DNA from: an uncultured Thermoplasmata archaeon
GTDB lineage: Archaea; Thermoplasmatota; Thermoplasmata; Lutacidiplasmatales; UBA184
Direction of reading: 5' to 3'
Assembly: GCA_963804505.1 (NCBI GenBank)
Contig: CAWDQP010000010.1
Coordinates: 458,291-522,290, forward strand
Length of the DNA stretch: 64,000 nt
Positions 10,210-18,699 of the stretch are shown in pieces; within the stretch, counting starts at the first letter, position 1, and each line of letters starts with the position of its first letter. A model generated the notes under the pieces. It did not search any database, was not told the origin of the DNA, and was given only the letters and a program-made list of their open reading frames with translations. Both the position numbers and the translations under genes were made by a program.

Positions 10210-11754
10210 ATGAAGGTCCAGGTCGATCGTCGGGACGGGCTGGAGGCGGTCGCCGACCTGACGGTCAGCGGCGTCTTCGAACGGGGCGAACGCGCCGAGC
10301 CGCTCCCCCGCGGACTCGCGGGCGAGGACGCGGCGGTGAAGGGGGCGATCAAGGATGCGTGGCAACGTCGCGAGATCCTGGGCCGGTCCCGCGAGGGCAG
10401 CGGGGATCGGCGCGGGGAGCTTTCGGTGTTCCACCGGCCGGGCGGCCGGATTGTCCTAGTCGGGCTCGGCCCACGGTCGCACTACACTCCCGAGCGAGCG
10501 CGACGGGCGGCCGCCCAAGTGATGCGGGGCCTCAAGGGACGCGGCGCACGGACCGCCGCGTTCCGGTTGCCGACGTTCGTCGCGGAGGGGGTGGTCGCCG
10601 AAGTGGCGGCGCGGGCCCTCGCGGACGGGGTCGTTCTCGGCTCGCACGAGTTCACTCGCTACAAGAGCGCGGCCGGTGGCCCGCTCGAAGAGGTGACCCT
10701 CCACCTCGGTCCGGAGCTCTCCGGCGAGGAGGGCTCGGTACGCAAGGCGGTCGCGGAGGAGTCGACGATCCTCGAGACGGTACTCTGGACCCGCGAGATC
10801 GCCAACCTTCCGGCCGACACGGCGACGCCGGAGCGCCTCGCGGAGGAGGCGCGCACGCTCGCGAAGGAGCTCGGCCTCAAGGTGACGGTCTTCGACGAGA
10901 AGGCCCTGAAGGAGATGCACTGCGGCGGGATCCTCGCCGTCGGGAGCGGTTCCGAGCACCCGCCACGGATGATCGTGCTCGAGTACGCCGGCGGGAGCCG
11001 CCGGGGCCGGACCGTCGCGGTCGTCGGCAAGGGGATCACGTTCGATTCGGGCGGCATCTCGATCAAGGCCGCCCCCGCGATGTCAAACATGAAGTTCGAC
11101 AAGTCCGGGGCCGTCGCCGTCCTCGGGATCCTGCGGGCGGCCGCGCTCCTCAAGGCGGCTCCGAAGGTCGTCGGCGTCCTCTGCTGCGCGGAGAACCTGC
11201 CGAGCGGAAGCGCCTACCGTCCGGGCGACGTTGTACGGACGTTCACGGGGAAGACGATCGAGGTCCTGAACACCGACGCGGAGGGCCGGGTCGTCCTGTC
11301 CGACGGGCTGGGGTACGTCGTGCAGCATTACCGACCCGACGAGGTGATCGACCTCGCGACCCTCACCGGGGCCGAGGTGGTCGCGCTCGGTGACGACACC
11401 GCGGGCCTCGTCTCCACGGACGAGAAGCTGGCGCAGGGCCTCCTGGCCGCCTCCGCGTCCACGGGCGAGCCCCTCTGGCGCATGCCGCTCACCGACTACC
11501 ACCGAGAGCTCGTGAAGAGCGAGATCGCGGACGTCCGCAACTCGACCGAGATCACCGTGGCCGGGATGCTGACCGCCGCCGCGTTCCTCGAGACGTTCGT
11601 CGGCCCGACGCCGTGGGCCCACATCGACATCGCCGGGCCGGCCTACACCACCACGACGACGCGCAAGTACCAGGCGGCCTACCTGAACGTCGGCGCGACC
11701 GCGTTCGGGGTGCGGGCGGTCACGCGCTACCTCCTGGACCTGGCGCGGACCTAG
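10210..11754 (+). CDS. pepA: Leucyl aminopeptidase (M17 family)
   Basis: An intact 514-aa ORF. It carries VGKGITFDSGGISIKAAPAMSNMKFDKSGAVAV and NTDAEGRVVLSDGLGY, the M17 metal and active-site motifs. Confidence 0.85.
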   Translation: MKVQVDRRDGLEAVADLTVSGVFERGERAEPLPRGLAGEDAAVKGAIKDAWQRREILGRSREGSGDRRGELSVFHRPGGRIVLVGLGPRSHYTPERARRAAAQVMRGLKGRGARTAAFRLPTFVAEGVVAEVAARALADGVVLGSHEFTRYKSAAGGPLEEVTLHLGPELSGEEGSVRKAVAEESTILETVLWTREIANLPADTATPERLAEEARTLAKELGLKVTVFDEKALKEMHCGGILAVGSGSEHPPRMIVLEYAGGSRRGRTVAVVGKGITFDSGGISIKAAPAMSNMKFDKSGAVAVLGILRAAALLKAAPKVVGVLCCAENLPSGSAYRPGDVVRTFTGKTIEVLNTDAEGRVVLSDGLGYVVQHYRPDEVIDLATLTGAEVVALGDDTAGLVSTDEKLAQGLLAASASTGEPLWRMPLTDYHRELVKSEIADVRNSTEITVAGMLTAAAFLETFVGPTPWAHIDIAGPAYTTTTTRKYQAAYLNVGATAFGVRAVTRYLLDLART

Positions 11755-11785
11755 GCGCGCCGGGCGAGAGCACGCGCTCGCGGCG

Positions 11786-13234
11786 CTACGCCGCGACGAT
11801 CTGGACGGACTCGCCGCCGTGGCGCGTGGCCCGGGGCCGGATCTCGCAGAACAGCGGGGTGTGGTAGCCCCCGCCGGTGATCAGCGCGGTGCCGACCGGG
11901 AGCGACTGGATCATCTCGGTCATCCCGTCCGTCAGGCCCTCGATCGACTGGGCGATCGCCTTGAGGTCGAGGGGGTTCGTCACCTGCAGGATCAACTGGG
12001 TGTTGCACTGGGAGAGGACGCTCTTGTCGATCCGGGCGGCGCGCTGGGTCACGACGCACAGGCCCAGGCCGAACTTCCGCCCCTCGCTCGCGATGTTCTT
12101 GAGGATCCGCGAGCAGGTCGCCGTGCCCTGCTGCGGGGCGAAGTTGTGCGCCTCCTCGATCACGAGGAAGAGCGGGGGGATCTTGTCCTTCTTGCGGTTG
12201 TCGAAGAGGGTGGAGGCGAGGCGGGCGACCACGAGCTCCTGGACGTCGGGGGCGATCCCCCGGAGGTTGACGAGCGTGGCGGACCCCTTCTGCACGAGGT
12301 CGTTGAGGCTCGTCCCGACGGGCCCGAGAAGCTTCGACTCCTCCACGTACTCGAGCCGTTCGTGGAGCGTCTCCATGATCGCGCCCTCGCTCAGCTCGGC
12401 GGCCCGCACGAGATCCCGGACGGTGTAGTCGGGGTTCGCGGCGGCGACCTGCTCCAGGAGCTGCTTCAGCGGCCCCAGGAACGTCTTCACGTTGGTGAGG
12501 CCCATGAACACGAGCAGGTCCCGCGGGTCGCTGTGGCGGAGCGAGAACGTCAACGGCTTCGCGCTCGGGTTGAGCGAGACGTCGGGCGAGTACTCCTGGA
12601 CCTGGCGGGCGAACCCTTGCGACTCCACGCCGAACCGGGCCTGGCGGCTGTTCTTCTCGGCCGGCGTGCGCAGCGAACCGTACTCGCCGTGCGGGTCGAT
12701 GATGACGCACGTGACCTTGTGGCGAAGAAGCTCCTCGATCATCACGCCGAGCAGGTAGCTCTTCCCGCCGCCGGTCTTCGCGAGGACGCTCACGTGGCGC
12801 TGGACGAGCTGGTTGATGTCGAGCTCGACCCTGAGGTTGTGGTTCCGCAGGAGGCCGACGTAGGCGCCGCTGTTCGAACGCCGCTTGAGGCCGAGGACCT
12901 CGGCGATCAGCGGCTCCTCAGCGCGGAAGACCCGGGCGCCCGGGCGGAACGGGACCGTGGGGCACTTGACGACGCCCTGGTCGTCGCGGTAGCCGACGAT
13001 CCGGGCCACGCCGAGAAGGCTCTGGTGGACGGCCGCCTCGTCCGTGGGGCTCAGCGTGCCGGCGCGTTCGAACTCGAGGTCGCTCTTCCGCTTGAGGTCG
13101 TCCAGTTGGCAGAGCACCTGGCCGTGCATCTCGTCGTCGACCGCGAGGTAGTCGCCGCGCTCGACCGGATGGACGAGGATGAGATGGAACTGGCCGAGGC
13201 CGACGTCGCCGAAGATTCGGCCGACCTCCTCCAC
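11786..13234 (-). CDS. HerA-like / DUF87 P-loop ATPase
   Basis: An intact 482-aa ORF with a GTG start. It has an N-terminal barrel-like region and Walker A VSVLAKTGGGKSYLLGVMIEELL. It also shows VTCVIIDPHGEYGSL and PPLFLVIEEAHNFAP (Walker B). Confidence 0.7.
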   Translation of the reverse strand: MEEVGRIFGDVGLGQFHLILVHPVERGDYLAVDDEMHGQVLCQLDDLKRKSDLEFERAGTLSPTDEAAVHQSLLGVARIVGYRDDQGVVKCPTVPFRPGARVFRAEEPLIAEVLGLKRRSNSGAYVGLLRNHNLRVELDINQLVQRHVSVLAKTGGGKSYLLGVMIEELLRHKVTCVIIDPHGEYGSLRTPAEKNSRQARFGVESQGFARQVQEYSPDVSLNPSAKPLTFSLRHSDPRDLLVFMGLTNVKTFLGPLKQLLEQVAAANPDYTVRDLVRAAELSEGAIMETLHERLEYVEESKLLGPVGTSLNDLVQKGSATLVNLRGIAPDVQELVVARLASTLFDNRKKDKIPPLFLVIEEAHNFAPQQGTATCSRILKNIASEGRKFGLGLCVVTQRAARIDKSVLSQCNTQLILQVTNPLDLKAIAQSIEGLTDGMTEMIQSLPVGTALITGGGYHTPLFCEIRPRATRHGGESVQIVAA

Positions 13235-13256
13235 GGGCCGATTCAGCGGGGCCCTC

Positions 13257-13265
13257 GAATATTAG
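13257..13265 (-). promoter_or_regulatory. TATA-like box of the HerA-like gene
   Basis: CTAATATTC on the minus strand, an isolated AT island about 27 nt upstream of GTG 13234. This implies a leaderless mRNA. Confidence 0.45.
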
Positions 13266-13318
13266 CGTGATGTGCCAGTGGAACCCGACGGTCGCGCCGC
13301 GCCGCTCCCGTTCGGAGC

Positions 13319-13327
13319 CTTTATATC
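13319..13327 (+). promoter_or_regulatory. TATA-like box of the coiled-coil protein gene
   Basis: CTTTATATC lies in the divergent intergenic region. It is about 40 nt upstream of ATG 13362 and about 65 nt upstream of TTG 13388. Confidence 0.4.
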
Positions 13328-13387
13328 GAGGGTACTCGTCGAAAACTTCCCGCCCCGGCCGATGTCGGCCGGGGAAGCGGTGGCTGC

Positions 13388-14252
13388 TTGACCGAGGCGA
13401 CGGACGAGCTGGACAAGAAGAGGGCCGAGTCGAACGAGCGTGCCGACGAGTGGCGCGCGAAGCGCGACCGGCTGAACGCGGAGGCCCGGACCATCGCGGA
13501 CGCTCGTGGGGCGCTCTTGGACGCGATTCACGAGAAGAGCGCCGAGGCGCAGGAGCATCGGCGTCACCGCGACGCCCTCAACGCGGACGTCCGCGAGGCG
13601 AAGCGGCTCCGCGAGGAGTGGAACGGGCGTCTCCAGGAGCTCGGCGAGAAGGTCCAGGAGATGAAGCGGGCCCGGCCGCCGCCGACCGGCGCGGTGCCCG
13701 TATGGCGCCTACGGAAGGACCTCAAAGAGCTCGAGTTCCGCCACATGACGACCGCGCTCACCGGCGAGCAGGAGAAGCGGCTGGTGGAGGAGATGAAGCG
13801 CCTCGAGGCGGCGCTCCGGGAGCAGGACGACGCAACTCCGGAGCGACCCCGAGGTCGGCGGTACGCTGCAGGCGTTCGCCGAGGCCCGCATCGAGGCCGA
13901 GAAGCATCACGCGGCGGTCGGCCAGCTCGCCGAGGACGCCCAGAAGGCCCACGAGGCGATGGTCGCGCTCTACGAATCCGTGGACGACCTGAGGCGCCAG
14001 GCCGAGGAGATCCAGGCGAAGCTGATCGAGGTCAAGGCGCAGGCCGACGAGGCGCACCGGTCCCACATCGCCTCCATCGAGGAGGTCCGCGACATCGAGA
14101 AGCTCCTCTACGCCGCCCGCGGCGGACGCGTTCCGTCCGGCTGGGCCGCGGCGGAGGCGCCGCGCGAGGAGGACTTCCTCGCCCGGCTCAAGAAGGGCGA
14201 GAAGGTCTCGACCGAGGACCTCCTCGAACTCCAGAAGAGCGGCCGAGCCTAG
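13388..14252 (+). CDS. Archaeal coiled-coil protein (COG1340-like)
   Basis: The 5' part comes from ORF 13388.. and the 3' part from ORF 13959..14252, joined through ...LRSDPEVGGTLQAFAEARIEAEKHHAAVGQLAEDAQKAHEAMVALYES. The composition is charged and heptad-rich throughout. One frame break near 13838. The start is uncertain (TTG 13388, or ATG 13362 plus an indel). Confidence 0.5.
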
Positions 14253-14264
14253 TCTCGGAGCGAC

Positions 14265-15020
14265 ATGTCCCCCGAGACCGACCTCGACGCGGTCCTGTTC
14301 GACCTGGACGACGTCCTCGTACCGTTCCAGACCGTCGGAGCGTGGCAGTGGGCGTGGCGCCCGCAGGGCCCGATCCTCGGGGCACGGCACGCGCACGCGA
14401 TGATCCGCCGCTCGCAGCGCAGCTGGGACCGCCGGCGCTGGCAGGGCGCGATCGGCAAAGCGCCCCCCGCGGACGTCGCCGCGCTGCGCGAACACCTGAC
14501 CGAGACCCTCTGGGCGATCGCGGGGCATCCGCTGCCGCCTGTCGAGACCGAGGCCGTCGTGCGACGCATCCTGCGACCGCAGGGCGAGATCGAGCGGTAC
14601 CCGGACGTCGCCCCGACGCTCGAGAAGCTCCGGGCGCGCGGGCTCAAGGTCGGCGTGGCCACCCCGCTCCCCCTCGAGTCCGCCCGGTGGCTCTTCCGGC
14701 GGGCGGGGCTGCCCGAGGCGATCCTTCTCCTCGCCGGGGACGATCCCGGCCCCGCGGTCCCCGCCGGCGCCGCGTTCCGGGCCGCCGTGGAGAAGCTGGC
14801 GAGCTCGCCGGGCCGCGTTGCGTTCGTCGGGGATTTGTTCTGGAGCGACGCGCGCGCCGCGCACCGCGCGGGCTTGCGCGGGATCCTCCTCGACCGGACC
14901 GGCGCGTGGCCCAGCGTCCACGGCGCCCGTATCGCCGGGCTCGATGGGCTGGAGGCGGCTCTCGAGGCCCCGGCGCCCCCGGAAGAGGGCGACGAAATCG
15001 ACGCGGCCGAGGGCCCGTGA
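14265..15020 (+). CDS. HAD-superfamily hydrolase
   Basis: An intact 251-aa ORF with motif I DAVLFDLDDVLV and motif III/IV VAFVGDLFWSDARAAHRAGL. Confidence 0.6.
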   Translation: MSPETDLDAVLFDLDDVLVPFQTVGAWQWAWRPQGPILGARHAHAMIRRSQRSWDRRRWQGAIGKAPPADVAALREHLTETLWAIAGHPLPPVETEAVVRRILRPQGEIERYPDVAPTLEKLRARGLKVGVATPLPLESARWLFRRAGLPEAILLLAGDDPGPAVPAGAAFRAAVEKLASSPGRVAFVGDLFWSDARAAHRAGLRGILLDRTGAWPSVHGARIAGLDGLEAALEAPAPPEEGDEIDAAEGP

Positions 15021-15046
15021 ATCGCTCGCGCGCGTCTGCCGGGCAA

Positions 15047-15055
15047 CTTATATAG
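15047..15055 (+). promoter_or_regulatory. TATA-like box of the V4R/Roadblock pair
   Basis: CTTATATAG, about 31 nt upstream of ATG 15082. Confidence 0.5.
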
Positions 15056-15081
15056 AAGGGTCCCCCGTGACGGCCGTGCCG

Positions 15082-15489
15082 ATGGCCGGTCGCTTTGTCA
15101 AGATCGACCAGACGGAGTTGCGTAAGATCAAGGACCTCTACGAGGGGGTCATGTCCCACGCCTGCCACGGTCTCTTCTTCAAGGAAGGGTCGGTGATGGG
15201 CACGGCGATGGCGGAGGAGGCCCTCAAGGACAAGCCGCACTTCTTCGAGCGGGCCTCGAAGATCCTGGTCGAGCGGGGGTGGGTCGAGGAGATCCGTTTC
15301 ACCGACCACGAGGTGGTCGCGAAGGGGTCGATCGAGGTCGCTCCGAGCGATATTCCGACCTGCCACCGCCTCCGGGGCATGCTTCGCGAGTTCTACGAAC
15401 GTTTTAAGGGGGGGCGCGTTAAATGCACAGAAGAGGCGTGCGCAAGCACCGGGCAACGAGAGTGCCGCTTCCGGGTCGAAGAGGTCTGA
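15082..15489 (+). CDS. V4R-domain small protein
   Basis: This is the tail of ORF 14818..15489, starting at ATG 15082. It reads MAGRFVKIDQ...GWVEEIRF...PTCHRLRGMLREFYERFKGGRVKCTEEACASTGQRECRFRVEEV, the conserved C...C..G...C pattern of V4R domains. A TATA-like box lies at 15047. Confidence 0.55.
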   Translation: MAGRFVKIDQTELRKIKDLYEGVMSHACHGLFFKEGSVMGTAMAEEALKDKPHFFERASKILVERGWVEEIRFTDHEVVAKGSIEVAPSDIPTCHRLRGMLREFYERFKGGRVKCTEEACASTGQRECRFRVEEV

Positions 15490-15503
15490 GGAGAGATGAA
15501 CGA

Positions 15504-15863
15504 ATGATGGCCACCGGGAACGTAGGCTCCGTCATCAAGGACCTGAAGAGCCGCATCGGCGGCATCGCCACCGCGCTCGTGTCGCGCGACGGCCTGGTCC
15601 TGTACGCCGACGTCCCCGCCGGCGTATACACCGAGACGTTCGCGATCATGTGCGCCACGATCCTCGGCGCCGCCGCGACCGCGAACACCGAGCTCAACCG
15701 CGCCGCGCCCGAGCGGATCGTGGTCGAGGGTAACGATTCGAAGACGATCATCGTCGGGAGCGGCAAGAAGGCGCTCCTCGTCGCGGTCGTCGACCAGACG
15801 GCCGACGTGACCAAGGTCCTCGCCGAGGTCGCCAAGGTCGCCGACCTCCTGAAGGCGAACTGA
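15504..15863 (+). CDS. Roadblock/LC7 (MglB-like) domain protein
   Basis: MMATGNVGSVIKDLKSRIGGIATALVSRDGLVLYADVPAGVYTETFAIMCATILGAAATANTELNRAAPERIVVEGNDSKTIIVGSGKKALLVAVV. This matches the typical Roadblock/LC7 pattern. Confidence 0.7.
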   Translation: MMATGNVGSVIKDLKSRIGGIATALVSRDGLVLYADVPAGVYTETFAIMCATILGAAATANTELNRAAPERIVVEGNDSKTIIVGSGKKALLVAVVDQTADVTKVLAEVAKVADLLKAN

Positions 15864-15888
15864 GGCCGCCGCGCGCGCGGCGAGTCCG

Positions 15889-16717
15889 TCAGCTCCGTAG
15901 GTCCCGGTTCCGAGGCGCGACCCACCGCCCGTCAGCATGCGGGTCGCGTAGCCCCCGAACGCCGCCGCGAGGCGCGCCCAGGCGATCGGCCCTTGCTGGC
16001 CGTGCATGAGCCGGCGCATCCGGTAGCGGCCCCAGAGGTTTCCGTGCTTCTCCGTGAGCTGCTTTCTCCCGTAGCCGTTCCAGAACGCCTGGTAGAGGAA
16101 GCGGACGAACGAGCCGCGCATGTGGTGGTAGACGACCGCGCGCGACTCGAAGACGATCGAGGCGCCGGCCTGGACCGCCCGCAGGTTGAGGTCGATGTCC
16201 TCCGCGGTGATGAACCGGGGGTCGAACCCGTCGAGGCGAAGGAACGCGGCGCGCTCGTAGACGAGATTGCACGACGGGTACGTGACGTCGTACCCCCCTG
16301 GAACAGCTCGACCCGCTCCAGCTCACCGAACCGCGGCTTGCCGACGGTCACGGTCTTCCCGGCGACGACGATCCCCGGCGCGAACCGCTCCCGGAGCTGG
16401 TGGAGCCACTGGGAGTCGGCGAAGCAGTCGCCGTCGATGAAGGCGACATACTCGCCGCGGGCGTTCTCCACGCCCACGTTGCGGCCGACCCCTCGTGAGC
16501 CGGGGCGGACCACGATCCGGATCACGCCCGGGGCGCGTGCGGCGACCGATTCGGCGATCGCGACGGTGCGGTCCCGGCTCTCGGCGTCGACGAGAACGAC
16601 CTCGAACGGAGCCTCCTGGACGAGGAGGCTTTCGAGGAGTTGGGCGATGTGCCGCTCCTCGTTGCGGACGGTGACGACGACGGATACGTAAGGGGGTTGG
16701 GGGGCGTTACTTCCCAA
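15889..16717 (-). CDS. Family 2 glycosyltransferase
   Basis: PYVSVVVTVRNEERHIAQLLESLLVQ...VVLVDAESRDRT...YVAFIDGDC (DxD). After a C6 run at 16293..16298 the protein continues in the frame of ORF 15393..16121 (YDVTYPSCNLVYERAAF...AEDIDLNLR...). No stop follows in that frame, so the true 3' end is TGA 15932 or TGA 15889. Confidence 0.75.
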
Positions 16718-16949
16718 GGTCCATCACGACGACGTCCTTCACCGCGCGCATGCTCTTGAAAGGGAGCACGAGGCGGCCGGTCGTATCGCTCTGGAACAGT
16801 CGCTGCTCAACGTCCTCGCTGGGGGTAACGAGCAGGTGGGCTATGCCACCCGACGTGGTGTCCACGACGAAATTGTCGATCATGCCGAGGATCTGTCCGT
16901 CGTTGGTCATCACGGTCTTGCCGCGAAGCTCGGTGAGGAACTTACGCAT
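16707..16949 (-). CDS. PRC-barrel domain protein
   Basis: An 80-aa product starting at ATG 16949. It reads MRKFLTELRGKTVMTNDGQILGMIDNFVVDTTSGGIAHLLVTPSE... The longer ORF 16707..17078 has an implausible N-terminus. A TATA-like box lies at 16985. Confidence 0.7.
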   Translation of the reverse strand: MRKFLTELRGKTVMTNDGQILGMIDNFVVDTTSGGIAHLLVTPSEDVEQRLFQSDTTGRLVLPFKSMRAVKDVVVMDLGK

Positions 16950-16984
16950 TGGGAGGGCCTCGAGCGCTGAAGACGGGGGGGCCG

Positions 16985-16992
16985 TATTTAAT
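16985..16992 (-). promoter_or_regulatory. TATA-like box of the PRC-barrel gene
   Basis: ATTAAATA on the minus strand, about 39 nt upstream of ATG 16949. Confidence 0.4.
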
Positions 16993-17079
16993 CGTTCTCG
17001 GCTATCGGAAGCGTTCCCGGCGAGTTCGTGACGGTCGACGTCGTCGCGCGGCGAACGCCGACCGGTCGGCGGCGGCAAT

Positions 17080-17088
17080 GCTTATATC
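17080..17088 (+). promoter_or_regulatory. TATA-like box of the L18e-L13-S9-RpoN cluster
   Basis: GCTTATATC, about 33 nt upstream of ATG 17117. Confidence 0.5.
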
Positions 17089-17116
17089 GCGCACCCGGGT
17101 CGAGGGCCCTCCGCCC

Positions 17117-17482
17117 ATGGCCCGTCGTTTTCGTAAGGGGAATCCCGAACTGCTCCGGGTGCTGGTCGAGCTCCGGCGCGCGGCCCGGGCGCATCACGCG
17201 CCCGTCTGGGCGTCGGTGGCGGATCGGCTCGAACGGTCGCGTCATTCCCTCGTTCCTCTCAACGTCGGCCAGCTCGAACGCCTCGCGGTGGCCGACGAGA
17301 CGATCGCCGTGGCGGGGAAGCTCCTCTCCGAGGGTCCGCTGTCGAAGCGGCTCACGGTCGGAGCGTTCTCCTACTCGGCCGAGGCGCGAGCGAAGGTCCA
17401 CGCGGCCGGCGGCTCGGCGCTCTCGCTGGGCGAGCTCGTGAAGGCGAAGCCCGACGGCAAGGGGGTACGCTTCCTTGCCTGA
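17117..17482 (+). CDS. rpl18e: 50S ribosomal protein L18e
   Basis: MARRFRKGNPELLRVLVELRRAARAHHAPVWASVADRLERSRHSLVPLNVGQLERL... A TATA-like box lies at 17080. The first gene of an L18e-L13-S9-RpoN cluster. Confidence 0.85.
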   Translation: MARRFRKGNPELLRVLVELRRAARAHHAPVWASVADRLERSRHSLVPLNVGQLERLAVADETIAVAGKLLSEGPLSKRLTVGAFSYSAEARAKVHAAGGSALSLGELVKAKPDGKGVRFLA

Positions 17483-17924
17483 CGCTCCGGCCCCGCCCGC
17501 CCGCCCTCCGACGGTCGTGGACGCGAGCGGCCTCGTGCTCGGCCGTGCGGCGAGCGTGATCGCGAAGCGCCTCCTGAAGGGCGAGTCGATCGTCGTCGTC
17601 AACGCCGAGAAGAGCATCGTCACCGGCGCGCGCGCGATGGTCATCGCGAACTACACCGCCGCCCGCGCCCGCGGCTCGGTCCGCAAGGGCCCGCACTTTC
17701 CGCGGTACCCCGACCGCATCTTCCGGCGCACCGTGCGCGGCATGCTCCCGCACCAGAAGACGCTCGGCTGGAAGGCGTTCGAGCGGCTCCAGGTCCACAT
17801 CGGGGTCCCCGAGGAGCTGAAGGGGGCGCCCGCGGAGACCCTCGAGGCCGCCAAGGCCCGCCCCGCTCTCCGAACGCCCATGACCCTCGCCGACATCACC
17901 CGCCTCCTGGGAGCCCACGTGTGA
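17475..17924 (+). CDS. rpl13: 50S ribosomal protein L13
   Basis: VVDASGLVLGRAASVIAKRLLKGESIVVVNAEK...GMLPHQKTLGWKAFERLQVHIGVP. It overlaps rpl18e by 8 nt. Confidence 0.9.
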   Translation: MPDAPAPPARPPTVVDASGLVLGRAASVIAKRLLKGESIVVVNAEKSIVTGARAMVIANYTAARARGSVRKGPHFPRYPDRIFRRTVRGMLPHQKTLGWKAFERLQVHIGVPEELKGAPAETLEAAKARPALRTPMTLADITRLLGAHV

Positions 17925-18328
17925 AGGCCCCGGTGGTGGTCCTGGCCACAGGCAAGCGCAAGTCGGCCGTCGCCCGGGCGAGCATCCGCAAGGGCGTGGG
18001 CCTCGTGCGGTTCAACGACCGGCCGCTCGAATTCGTCGAGCCCGAGCTCGCCCGCCAGAAGATCCAGGAACCGCTCCTGATGGTCGGGGAGCGCGCGAAG
18101 AACCTTGACATCACGGTCACCGCCCGCGGCGGCGGGATCGTGGGGCAGGCCTCCGCGGCGCGCACGGCGGTCGCACGCGGACTCCTCGAGTGGCTGAAGG
18201 ACGCCTCGCTCCGCGAGACGTTCAAGCGCTACGACCGTTCGCTGATCGTGAACGACCCCCGGCGCAAGCTCCCGAAGCGGCCCGGTGGCCGCGGCGCGCG
18301 GGCGCGTCGCCAGAAGTCCTACCGTTAA
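17921..18328 (+). CDS. rps9: 30S ribosomal protein S9
   Basis: ATGKRKSAVARASIRKG...ITVTARGGGIVGQASAARTAVARGLL...RRKLPKRPGGRGARARRQKSYR*. Its start overlaps the rpl13 stop (GTGA). Confidence 0.9.
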   Translation: MKAPVVVLATGKRKSAVARASIRKGVGLVRFNDRPLEFVEPELARQKIQEPLLMVGERAKNLDITVTARGGGIVGQASAARTAVARGLLEWLKDASLRETFKRYDRSLIVNDPRRKLPKRPGGRGARARRQKSYR

Positions 18329-18345
18329 GGGGAGGTCGACGCGCG

Positions 18346-18699
18346 ATGACGATGATGGTGCCGGTCCGCTGCTTCACCTGCGGCGCGGTGATCGGCCAGC
18401 ACTGGGACGAGTACCGCGAGCGCACGACGCGCGGCGAGCCCGCCGGCGCCGTGATGGACGCCCTCGGGCTGCGGCGGTACTGCTGCCGCCGGATGCTCCT
18501 CTCGCACGTTGACCTCCTGGACGAGGTCGGCCCGTACCGGCTGATCCTCGGTCGAGCGGCCGGGTCCCCGGAGCGGGGGTTCGGCGGTCCGAGGCCCGAC
18601 CCCGTGACGGGGCCGTGGCCCCTACGTCCTACGAATCGTCGTCGTCTTCGGGCTCGGCCTTCTTCGAGCCGCGCTCGAGGCCGCCCTTACCGGTCGTAG
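18346..18699 (+). CDS. rpoN: RNA polymerase subunit N (Rpo10). The 3' end is uncertain.
   Basis: MTMMVPVRCFTCGAVIGQHWDEYRE...LGLRRYCCRRMLLSHVDLLDEVGPY. A GGGGAGG Shine-Dalgarno-like sequence lies upstream. The ORF runs about 50 codons beyond the usual RpoN end, into the tail of the convergent surface-protein gene, so a stop was probably lost to an indel near 18540. Confidence 0.8.
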   Translation: MTMMVPVRCFTCGAVIGQHWDEYRERTTRGEPAGAVMDALGLRRYCCRRMLLSHVDLLDEVGPYRLILGRAAGSPERGFGGPRPDPVTGPWPLRPTNRRRLRARPSSSRARGRPYRS

